Shown here in pieces: positions 36,477 through 47,884 of a stretch of 47,884 bases of DNA. The DNA is taken from positions 1 through 47,884 of the forward strand of contig NW_021834490.1 of NCBI RefSeq assembly GCF_006345805.1, in the 5' to 3' direction. A program made the translations under genes and the position numbers. The DNA is from Octopus sinensis. Taxonomy: Eukaryota. Below the pieces are notes generated by a model. The model made no database searches. It was given only the letters and a program-made list of their open reading frames with translations, and had not been told where the DNA came from. The stretch's first letter is position 1, and the number at the start of each line of letters is the position of its first letter.

Positions 36477-36515
36477 ATCTTCTAATGTAATAAGTACTCA
36501 ACGAGGAGTACTCAG
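36477..36515 (+). CDS. Candidate exon 3 (39 nt, symmetric phase 2 to 2; (R)SSNVISTQRGVL(R))
   Basis: Acceptor TTTTCCTTGCTAGCAG| (NAGNAG) and donor CAG|GTAAAT. Only one frame is open, and it is the frame required by exon 2. Confidence 0.45.
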
Positions 36516-36884
36516 GTAAATACTTATCATGCAGAAGATACCTTAATTATATGAAGCTTACATTGTCGTTTGGGAATCCCAAATTAACTCATAGAAGATG
36601 TAATTTGAAAATCACTTCCTACTTTTTGATACTAGGATCTTACAATTGCACACACACACACACGCACACATATGTATATAAGACATGCAAAAGAACATTA
36701 TATCGGAGAACACAACCAGGGATTATCAGTATAGAATGGTGGTGAGCTATAAATTCAGACTTTACCACAAGAACACGTCGAGTTCTTTACTAATCTACAC
36801 AATAATGTTAGCCTGGTGTACTATCAGGGGAACTTATAAAGTAGTTTGCCCACATTGATAACCGCTCACTAAGAACTCTCTTAT

Positions 36885-36920
<36 letters not shown>

Positions 36921-37796
36921 ATATATATATAATATATATCTATATATATACATACACATATGTTGTGTTTGTATGTGTATGTCGGCGGTGACCAAAATGG
37001 CAACGGCACTATATTTGCCTAGTGAGGAGGGTGATGAGGCACCACTGCGAGGATGAAAACCAAATCCTATCACAGGACCAAATACTGTGTAGGGAAGCTT
37101 CACTTGCTATTTCTCATGAACAGTGGTAGTTCCTGCAGCAACCATCGACAAAATGGTGACTTTGACGCAGAAAACACAGTGGCTGCGCCGGATAATTGTC
37201 ATGTTGTCAACAATGGTCAGTCACAACAGACTATGAGAATAAGAATGCAGGCATTGTGTACCACATTACTGGGACTGAGTGATCGCCCCACCCCACTCAA
37301 GATTTTGTCGGGATATAGCTCTAGGAGAAAGAAAATTCTCGACAGTAGCCAATGATGTTGACAAGTTATTCTTTTGGGAGGTGTTGTCATCATTGATTGA
37401 GAGAGTAGGATTGGTTGGGCGCAAGGTCTCTTCTCACTTTAAAACGCATCATACACAAGCATCGCATATTCAAGAACGAGGAATCGGTCATCGTGAAATT
37501 TGTCCCCTTCAACTGTATATGTCTCTAAATACACACACAAGGACGGAGACGGACGAAAGTACTTGCTATGTATATTGTGGCTCTGTGCATTTTGAGTTCA
37601 ATGTCCGCCTAGTCGCCGAATCAAAGTGACGATTCTGTCTCGAAATGGGACAAGACAGACAGAATTAGTAATTTGAGAAACCAAAAGAAGCATAATCTCC
37701 ATAATTTCCTCGAAAAGGTTGACTCTGATCACCCTATCCTCCCGACAGCAACACTCGGTCGTTTGACTGTTCTGCTCAGAAGTTCACGTAAATATA

Positions 37797-37928
37797 GGCG
37801 CAGGCGTCGCTGTGTGGTAAGAAAATTGTTTCCCGACTACATGGATCTAGGTTCAGTCCCACTCCATGGCACCTTTGGCAAGTGTCTCCCCGGTCCAAAC
37901 GAAAACTTGTGAGTGGATTTCGTAGATG

Positions 37929-37959
<31 letters not shown>

Positions 37960-39089
37960 AGTGTGTGTGTGTGTGTGTGTATGTGTATATATATATATAT
38001 ACATACATATAGTTAAAAATTGAGATAGGGGTTGTAAATGCAACCCTCCATGGGATAACATATATCCAATGAGTTTCTGTGTGGATGTGTGGGTTTAGGG
38101 TTAGATGTGGATGTGTATGTTTTGCTTGTGCGGTGTGGTGGAGGTCGGGCGGCTCTCAATTGACCAACTGTGTGGAAGATAATGATAATTTTAAATTCAA
38201 ATCCAATAGTGTATTTATGTCATAAGGAAAATTATTAACTGGAACCCGGACATACATATATACCGCTCTGGATCCTAACGTAAGCGTTATTAATAATATT
38301 ATGAATGATAATAATGATAACATTAATGGTATTGACAACGATAATGATGCTAACTTTAATGACACTTTAGAAATTATTATGAAGTAATATAATGTACTAT
38401 TGACTATGTATATTTGCATCTAGGTACTAATTTGTGTATGTTTATTATCACAATATTAAGTCGAAAAACTGAGACATACTTATCTACATGGCCGAAACAG
38501 CTGTAAGATGTAATCTATACTTATACTTATATTTACTTTTATTTATATACTCTTTTATATATATTCTACTTATTATGCAACATTACTCTTTTATGTACAC
38601 TTTTTATGTACAATCCTCTATGTACACTGATTTGTTCTGCTTTTTATATTTAACCCTACAGTCTCTTATATGGTGGTTTAATAAAGTATGTGATTGAGTA
38701 TTATCTGGTAATTGATATTTGATTTAGATGTATTTCTCCATTTTCTTATCTTGTATACATATATATATGTGTATGTGTGTGTATATATATATATATATAG
38801 TGTGTGTGTGTGTTTGTGTGTATATATATATGTATATATACTATATATATATATATATATAAGGGATATATGCGTGTGTCTTCGTGTCTGCATTTGTTCA
38901 CCAACACCCTTTGACAACTGGTGTGAGTGTGTTTCCATCCCCGTAACTTAGCGGTTCGGCAAGAGGATCGATCGAATAAGTACTAGATGTTAAAAATAAA
39001 GTACTGGAGTCGAGTCAGCCAACTAAAATTTCTTCAAGGTGATGCCCCAGCATGGGCGCTGTCTAATGACTTAAACAAGTAAAAAAAAT
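37797..39089 (+). mobile_element. SINE family B with head (37797-37925) and tail (~38900-39089) separated by microsatellites and ~740 bp of extra sequence
   Basis: Head GGCGCAGGCGTCGCTGTGTGGTAAG..GGTTCAGTCCCACTCCATGGCACCTTTGGCAAGTGTCT and tail CCCCGTAACTTAGCGGTTCGGCAAG..GGTGATGCCCCAGCATGG..AAAAAAAA. Same order and strand as the compact copy at 26530-26972. Confidence 0.6.
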
Positions 39090-39247
39090 ACACTGCGACT
39101 CCCACATAGCAGTCTAATAGCAGTTTTTAGAAATGTATTACCTAAGGTATGATTTGAACACACAAACCGAAGTTCTAGGCAAAGTCGGTGAGATTTTCAT
39201 GAAAAGTAAGGATCAAATTCCTCACAGAATATACGTTATTGTTTCAG

Positions 39248-39291
39248 GAGGAAAACCCAGTTAAGCAACCTGAAAGGAAAACAAAACACAG
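39248..39291 (+). CDS. Candidate exon 4 (44 nt, phase 2 to 1; (R)RKTQLSNLKGKQNT(A))
   Basis: Acceptor TACGTTATTGTTTCAG| and donor CAG|GTTGGT. Confidence 0.45.
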
Positions 39292-39981
39292 GTTGGTCAT
39301 GGGTAGATTGCCTTTGCTGTTATGTAGGTTCAGTTATATTTGACTGACGCTAAACCCCCGCCACCACCACCACCATGACCACTACCACTACTATCAAGAC
39401 TGCAGCAACAACAACAACTAGAACACCGATGGTTGTATCATACTACTTTCACAACCAAATTTGAGTGTATTAATAAAAAGACTTCATAAAAAAAACCGTC
39501 TGTAACTCGTGAGAAAATTGGATCTATAACCAATAAAATAATCAATATATTTCAAACCAGTTCGATATCTCATAACATATCAATACTGCGGCAACACAAT
39601 ATTTATTTTAATGCAGTATTATAGAAATTATAGAAGTTTTATCCGATTGATTTTCTGCCTTCCGAGAGACAAAAGTTTAAGAAGTATTAGGAGTCCTGAA
39701 ACTGCAGAGTTTCTCACTGGATACACGTTTAGCGCGTACACACACGTAAAGAAACAGACAGACACAGCAACACGTGTGGGTGGTGCCTGTGTGTCGGTGT
39801 GCATTGTATGTTAAGGTCCTTGTATACAAAAGAGAGAAAAAGTACTCAATACATAAACTAGAGTATATTCATTTAAGTGGGAGCATTAGATTTCACAGAT
39901 CCGATATTTTGAACGAAGAGTTTCAATGGAAGTACTGGAAAAGTTTACATATATGTACTGATACGTGTGTATATATATATA

Positions 39982-40018
<37 letters not shown>

Positions 40019-40078
40019 GTGTGTGTGTGTGTGTGGTATGCATGTATATATGCATGTATCTATCTATCTATCTATCTA

Positions 40079-40113
<35 letters not shown>

Positions 40114-40814
40114 TTTTCCAGAATGAGATAATAAACCAAGGCTGTAAAGATTTTAGAACATTATAAAATTGGTCTTAGAGCTGTTTCCAGGATATTTATT
40201 ATATCCCTTCATCGGAGACGGTGTGAGAAGATGGTTAAGCAATAGTTAATTTAGATAAGATACGAAATAGAGAGTGAAGTGGAGGAATGAAAATAGATGT
40301 GAGATATGTAGGGATATAGTATTTGTAGTATTTGCAGAATGGTATACATATAAGATTCCAATATCTTGTGAGTTAAATAGAATAGTATTTAAAATGCTAC
40401 GTGCAGCACGGAATTTTATCAGTGAACATATCGCGGTCTCAAAGCGATGAAAATATTTTGACAAATTTAAATGTTTTAAATTTTGTGTGTTTCTTAAATG
40501 GCTCATAAACGTCTTCCACGCTGCAATTGTTTTTGCTCCAGCACAATATCTCAGATTAGGTCACTTGCTATGCAAGTACATCTCCGTAATCATCTCTATA
40601 ATGTATATAATATGTATATATATATATATATATATATATGGTATATATATATATATACATATATACATATAATAAATAGTAAATAATATATAATGTATAT
40701 GTGTATATAATGTATATATATATATATATGTGTGTATATATATATATATATTATATATATATATCTTTCTGGATTTGGTTTTCAAGATTATTTATGTGAG
40801 TTCGTGTGTTGAAG

Positions 40815-40898
40815 CATATGCTGCTGTGCCTGAAAAGGTTGCAAGACTCAACGAAAATTCTAGAAAAGTAAAGAAGGAAATAAGTGGAAATTTTACCG
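40815..40898 (+). CDS. Candidate exon 5 (84 nt, phase 1 to 1; (A)YAAVPEKVARLNENSRKVKKEISGNFT(V))
   Basis: Good donor CCG|GTCAGT and a protein-like open frame between microsatellites. The acceptor GTGTGTTGAAG| is weak; a stronger phase-0 acceptor sits at 40787. Confidence 0.4.
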
Positions 40899-40955
40899 GT
40901 CAGTGTATTACATTATAAGGCACGAAAAGAAAATGATTCTCTCCAGACTAACAGT

Positions 40956-40995
<40 letters not shown>

Positions 40996-41899
40996 TTATA
41001 TATATATATATATATACTATATATATATACATATATATACGTACATACATATATATACATACATACATACATACATATATATACATACATACATATATGG
41101 GTACATTGCTAACGGTGCAAATAGCATGACATACTTAAACAACGAGAGAACAGGACAAGTAAACACAGTTGTCGGTTGTCCATGTACTCCGCATTTCGAG
41201 CATTCAACGACAATATATATACGCGTACATATATGCATATACACCTGGCCTGTTAGAAGCTCGATGGAAATGCTTACGACTTTGCCAAATTTCATCATCT
41301 GAAATCTGTGTGAAACTTCTTTGTTCGGAAACAGTTATTACTTAAGACAAACCTATCATTCTACATATGTGTGTTTGTGCGCGTGAGTGTGTGTACATAT
41401 ATGTGCGTGTGTTTACGTGTGTGTGTGTGTGTGTGTGTGTGTGTACAGATTTATCCCTAGGATGCAAAAATGGGTGTATATAATTAATGTATGTAGTTAT
41501 GAGCAACATATATTGTAACTTATTGGATTTGAAGTGGATGTTGAGGTATTAGTCTAAGAAATTGGACCCTAAATATGGTTCTGTTTAATCACTACACGAA
41601 AACATGAAAGGGGAACAGCAACAACAACAGTAACAACAACAACAACAGTAACAACAACAACAACAGGTCCAGCTGCAACAACAATATTCACAACAGTACA
41701 ACGGCACAACAGTATTCGCGAGTTCTGTTTTCCCTTTAAAGCATAAAATTACTGAAACTAAAAAAATATGAAGAAATATTTATACAACATCAACTACAAA
41801 ACCAGTAACAGCATTAATAATTATGAAAGAAAAAAATGTTCTTTTAATTTTTAATTGCTAGGAAGATTAGTTGATGCGACTGTTAATTAGAGAACGAAG

Positions 41900-41946
<47 letters not shown>

Positions 41947-42053
41947 GTGGGAGACAGAAACAGAATGAATGAAAATGAAAACTATACCGAAATAGAAATT
42001 TTATACCTGTATACCATATACATATACAATAATTTGTGTATATATGTAGTATG

Positions 42054-42089
<36 letters not shown>

Positions 42090-42157
42090 TATATATATAT
42101 ATATATATATTATATTAATTATATAATATATATATAATATATATTATATATATATAT

Positions 42158-42212
<55 letters not shown>

Positions 42213-42875
42213 ATATGTATGTATATATGTATGTATGTATGTCTCCTGCTGTATCAACATTTGCCTATCTGTTTATGGTTGTGTGTGTGTATGTGCGTGC
42301 GTGTGTGTTATAAGGCAGATGGGAGGAGTGAGGCATTGAGAGACACTCGCACACATATACACATATACATATATACGCACAAGTTATGTCTTCAAGAAAA
42401 GTAGATGAACCCAAGAAGGATTAAATACTTGTAAAGCAAGAAAACACTTATTTCGAGGATTAACATCTCAGTTACGCTTTGAAGTATCACTTGTCGGTTG
42501 TCTTGCTTCTTTACATATTAAACAAAATAAACATCACACATCACACCGTCTCTTCATCCAACCCTCTTCCCCGTCGTGTAAATATGTTCTCGACACCGAT
42601 GTCTAACAGATCTGTCACAAGTCTGACCTCCACCAACCCACGAAACTGCTAACCTACAATTGCCATCTGGCGGCACTGTTACATATTGCCTAATAATTCC
42701 AATGCTATCTCCTTGCGCTACCAAGAAAACAACGCAACACTCGTTCCAGGAATAAGTACAGGGTCCTTTTGCTCAACAAAGCCTTCCAAATCTTCTCCAC
42801 ATTATAGCTGCAGTCCAATGAGAGACAGAAACAAATAACAGAATATTTCCGTATATATGTACACAGAGAATAGAC

Positions 42876-43210
42876 TAGGCTCGAAACGTCGAAGACTTTT
42901 CCATTTCTCCGGAGCGTCGAACTAAATACACCTGTCTCTCTCTTTTGTTTTCTATACATTTTAACTACGCACACACACAAACACACACACACATACACAC
43001 ACACACATGCACACATATCGCCATGTAGGACCGTTGAAATCTACAAGTTATTTTCACTCTCTCTGTTTATTTTCTCTTATTCCTTCCTGCTGAAGAGCGT
43101 AGGCTGGAAACGTAAAAGTCTCTTTCATTTTCCCGACAGTCAAACTGATACACTTGCTTGTTGTTTATACACCTGTCTTCGTCTTTTGTTTTTCTATAAA
43201 TTTCAACTAA
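42876..43210 (+). mobile_element. Two tandem pLTR/retrozyme-like units, each with a hammerhead-like motif and a microsatellite tail
   Basis: Unit 1: TAGGCTCGAAACGTC (42876-42890; 5' core missing), GGAGCGTCGAACTAAATACACC, (CA)n. Unit 2: CTGCTGA-A-GAGC(GTAG)GCTG-GAAAC-GTA (43087-43114), ..TACACCTGTCTTCGTCTTTTGTTTTTCTATA, (TA)n. Confidence 0.6.
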
Positions 43211-43271
<61 letters not shown>

Positions 43272-43465
43272 TCAAATTTTGTCACAAGGTAAGAAATTTA
43301 GGGGAGAGGTAGGTGGATTACACTGACCCCAGTGTTCAACTGGTATTTATTTTATCGGCCACGGAAGAATGAAAGACAGTCGACCTAGGTCGAACGAGAA
43401 CTCAGAACGTAAAGACGGACGCAATGCCGCCAAGCATTTTGTCCGGTGTACTAACAATTCCGCCT
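43272..43465 (-). mobile_element. Diverged SINE family A
   Basis: GACCCCAGTGTTCAACTGGTATTT..GAATGAAAG..GTCGACCT..GAACTCAGAACGTAAAGACGGAC. Confidence 0.8.
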
Positions 43466-43830
<365 letters not shown>

Positions 43831-43854
43831 CCAAGCTGTGTGTATGTCTTGAAA

Positions 43855-44040
43855 TCCTCTTTCCAATCTAAGCGCAAGGCCTGCAGTTGGGTGGGAAAGG
43901 GGTGTGGTGTCGATTAAATCGACCCCAGGTGCTGAACTTGTACTTATTTCATCGACCCAGAAATGAAGAAAAGCTAATTCGACCACGGCGAAAATTGAAC
44001 TCAGAAGTTAAAGACGCGAAGCATTCTTCGGCATACTAAG
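43855..44040 (-). mobile_element. Diverged SINE family A
   Basis: GTCGATTAAATCGACCCCAG..GTACTTATTTCATCGACCC..TTGAACTCAGAAG. Confidence 0.75.
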
Positions 44041-44100
44041 GATAATATTTCTTAGTGCTGAATTTAGCAAAGACATCTGCAGAACATCATGATAATAATG

Positions 44101-44158
<58 letters not shown>

Positions 44159-44186
44159 TGATGAAAATTATTATTATTATTATTAT

Positions 44187-44700
44187 TGAGTGAGAGAGCA
44201 GTTCATGCCATCAAAGTGACACTGGGGTAAAATATACGAAGCCCAATATACCCATCATGACTACCCGTCTGATAAGGGTACACCAGGCACATGCATCACA
44301 ACCATATGTGCGCGACATGGTGATCTCATATCAAGATAAACAGCATATGACTTTGCAGGTGGGGGCCCAGTTAGAATTTTCTTCTGGTCGTGTAGCCCAT
44401 CCCACTCAAAAGGTCCCTGAATATGGGTTATTTAAGGATGTTGAACAAAATAACCATATTTCCAGAGGTGAATTATCCCAAACCCAAAGAATTCCTCTCA
44501 ACACATGGCTATGATGCTCCCCCACTACTTCTGCTCATGATCAGAGATGCACATATTGTCAGCCACTAAGGGACATGCTCAACTGGTTAAGGCCAAACAA
44601 CTGACAAGCAAATATGTGGTATTGAGCAGAATACTTGCTATAGCCCATCTTTTATACCAAGACAAAACAATGTACATGATAACACTTCCAATCAGTTAAG
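44187..44700 (-). mobile_element. ~500-bp non-coding element inserted in (TAA)n, copy 1 (lacks ~40 bp at one end)
   Basis: Homologous throughout to 44834-45340 and flanked by TAA/TTA repeats on both sides. Strand is inferred from the (AAT)n tail. Confidence 0.7.
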
Positions 44701-44712
44701 ATATTATTATTA

Positions 44713-45340
<628 letters not shown>

Positions 45341-45359
45341 ATTATTATTATCATTATTA

Positions 45360-45423
<64 letters not shown>

Positions 45424-45424
<1 letters not shown>

Positions 45425-45990
45425 TAGTTTTATTTTTATAGCGTGCTTTCACTTCACTACCGAGCGCAGCTCTGTGTGCCTTGGGTATGTGCTGTGATTT
45501 GTTCGTGATGCTCTGATGGTTATGTATGGAAAGTGTCTGCGTAGGATGTGTGCAGTGCCTAGTAGTGCAATTTTCTGTATGTTATATGTGTTTGTAAGTC
45601 CTGGTGTTTTTGCTATGTATTTGTCTGAAATTTTTTTATCATGCCTAATGCACCTACTATGATAGGAATTGTTTCTGTTTTCAGGTTCCACATTCTAGTT
45701 ACCTCTATTTCCAGTCTTTGTATTGAGAGTTCTCCATTTCTTTTAGACACGTGTCATCTGCCGGTATTGATACATCAATTAGAAAGCATTTTTTTTCTTC
45801 ATGGTCTTATACAACTATATCTGGTCTGTTGGCCTTAACTTCTCTATCTGTGTGTATCGGCATATATCCCAGAGTATGGTGCTTCTCGTTTTCTGTGACC
45901 TTTTCTGGTGTGTGCCTATACCATCTTTTTTTCTGTTGTTTCCATAATGTTGGCATAGCCTTCAATGTATGTAGGTTCCAACTCTGTCAT
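45424..45990 (-). mobile_element. R4/Dong 3' fragment (restriction-like endonuclease) within (TAA)n
   Basis: PIHTDREVKANRPDIVV*DHEEKKCFLIDVSIP, then MWNLKTETIPII-type sequence and KYIAKTPGLTNTYNIQKIALLGTAHILRR. TAA repeats at 45340-45420 and 46000-46130. Confidence 0.85.
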
Positions 45991-46002
45991 GTCTGTGAAA
46001 TA

Positions 46003-46076
<74 letters not shown>

Positions 46077-46096
46077 CATTATTATTATTATTATTA

Positions 46097-46132
<36 letters not shown>

Positions 46133-46299
46133 GAATTTAGCTCTTGGTGTTGAATACCTTCCAAATAATAAACCAATTATCAAAACTTATAATGTGCGGA
46201 AGACCCTATGAGACCTCTGACAACAGGCTACTGTCCGCTCTCACAACATTAACCGGAGCAAACAAGAGCGGGCGCTCTGAGAAGTAAAACAATAATAAC

Positions 46300-47390
46300 A
46301 ATATCAATGCTTTCTTTATTCACCACAATATCTTGGGGACGCTACTGAACAATACAATGTGGGCTTGGTGTAGAATTAGAAAAAAAACAGTGATAAAATA
46401 AATTCTAACGATGAGCTCTCTGCAAAAGAGAGAGTGCTCCCTGGGCTGCTCGTCAAAACCACTCGAAACAGGGGTCACCCTGAGTACTAGGACAAGTCCT
46501 CTCTCCCCATCATTTTCCTTTAATTTACAGATAGATATTTTTTGAGTAGACCCATTCACTTGGAACATTTTTCTAACATTCACCCATCTTTTAACAGAAT
46601 TGTTTGCAGGCAGTACTTCCTTCTCTCTCCTCCTTTCCTTTTCAAGTGAAACTTGAAATAGTTGATAAGGACTTCGTCAATGAGAAAAGTGTCCGTCCTT
46701 CAGTCCTTTCCCTTTGGTCCACCACACAACCTCCTCTGCTCAGAGTAACAGACAAATAAACACTGCCTGCCCTTTTCGACCCCAAAGGGGAGGCAGGGTG
46801 ATCTTCACAGTGTCCGATATCAACCCACAAATCAGCAATACTTGGACACTGGACGAAATTGGTATAATTTCGTTTCTCTGGGCGTATCTCTAGGAAGCCT
46901 GGCTGACGGCTCATCCATGATGGCAGAGTTAACCTCGGACTGACAATCGCCTACCCCTGGTAACACTTCCAGGCCAAGAATTTCTGGAAACTATAGGCCC
47001 CAACACGAAAGTCCTCCAGAACGGAGCAGCTGGTTGACTCTAACCGATGCCTAGAGTCACCCGAAGAATGTCATCGCACTTGTCCGCCACTAATCCTTTA
47101 TAGATCGCAAAAGAGGAACTTCCACCGACCACATTGCTTGACTGATAGAGTATTGTGAATGCATGACAATACTCTTGGTGTCAGGTGCCCTGCCTCTGTC
47201 TACATGGTCTACACCCTGCCTCGATCTACAAGATGCCAGGCACCCTTCCTTGGTCTACATATATGACTGAAGCTCAGTCAAAGAGATGAACTGCGGAAAA
47301 GTGAGGCTGACCACACATGCTCTCCACCAAGGAAGCATTAGAGATGTCGCAGCCTACACATCATTACCCACAGCATTCCCAGCCCAGTAG
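46300..47390 (-). mobile_element. Possible decayed L1/Tx1-type retrotransposon derivative
   Basis: Minus strand FHLKRK..E.EVL..N.SVKRWVNVRKM..VNG resembles, from memory, Tx1-type ORF2 C-termini, followed by a UTR with AATAAA near 46320. The upstream part is only weakly ORF1-like. Confidence 0.35.
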
Positions 47391-47613
47391 TAGTAGTAGT
47401 AGACATTTGGCGGATCGCTTGTAATGATGCTCTGGATGGTGTTGGTAGTTGTGGTCATAGCAGATGGCAGAGGGGGAGGGGGAAGTGGAGAGAAGAAGAG
47501 GAGGTGACACTAGAGCCGTCAACAGAATAACGTTAGCAACAATAGTAGGAGTTGGCAGCGCAATTGCTTGACCTGCGAGAAATAATAGACAATTTCCTTC
47601 ACATCACACTCAG

Positions 47614-47634
47614 TCCTCTTTAACAATGGACAAT
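47614..47634 (+). CDS. Candidate microexon 6 (21 nt, phase 1 to 1; (V)LFNNGQ)
   Basis: Acceptor TTTCCTTCACATCACACTCAG| and donor AAT|GTAAGT. In frame with exon 5. Confidence 0.35.
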
Positions 47635-47884
47635 GTAAGTCAAATCTACATAAAAACCGATGGTCTCAACTGGGAGGGCCCTAATCATAAAGCTGTTCTA
47701 TCCTAGGGGCTGACCTAGGGCTAAACAAGAAACCAACAATAATGATAAACACGATCGCGTGATTAGCATCACCCCTTAAATTACTCATTTCCTTTGTCGA
47801 TGGTGCGTCGAACAATTGCTGATGTCGTTGCTACTACTACTTCACTGTTGTTGCTGACGCTGCAGCTGCATCGATTGCAGCTGC

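Noticed and set aside
36980-37450. GC-richer stretch with weak LINE-like motifs (GDHSVPV, GFHPRS)
   Set aside because: The motifs are too short and not collinear enough to assign.
38089-38102. TTTAGGGTTAG telomere-like motif
   Set aside because: Only about one and a half units, which is expected by chance.

Overview
AT-rich, repeat-dense eukaryotic DNA. The SINE families, Penelope remnants and very high microsatellite load look like a coleoid cephalopod (Octopus-like) genome; this is inferred from recalled repeat consensus sequences, not a database search. There are no prokaryotic operons, CRISPR arrays, rRNA genes or intact tRNA genes. Most ORFs in the track are microsatellite translations. 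Supported content: (1) many copies of two tRNA-derived SINE families, including a four-unit concatemer; (2) decayed non-LTR retrotransposons: two Penelope-like elements, R4/Dong fragments next to (TAA)n, CR1, a non-autonomous RTE derivative and a possible Tx1; (3) two foldback MITE-like elements; (4) microsatellite-bounded tandem duplications. Most interesting: five minimal hammerhead-ribozyme-like motifs in Penelope ends and in short microsatellite-tailed elements, and a hand-assembled chain of six small + strand exons (23.2-47.6 kb). Their splice phases join into one stop-free 89-codon frame resembling a signal peptide plus propeptide, with no in-frame ATG.
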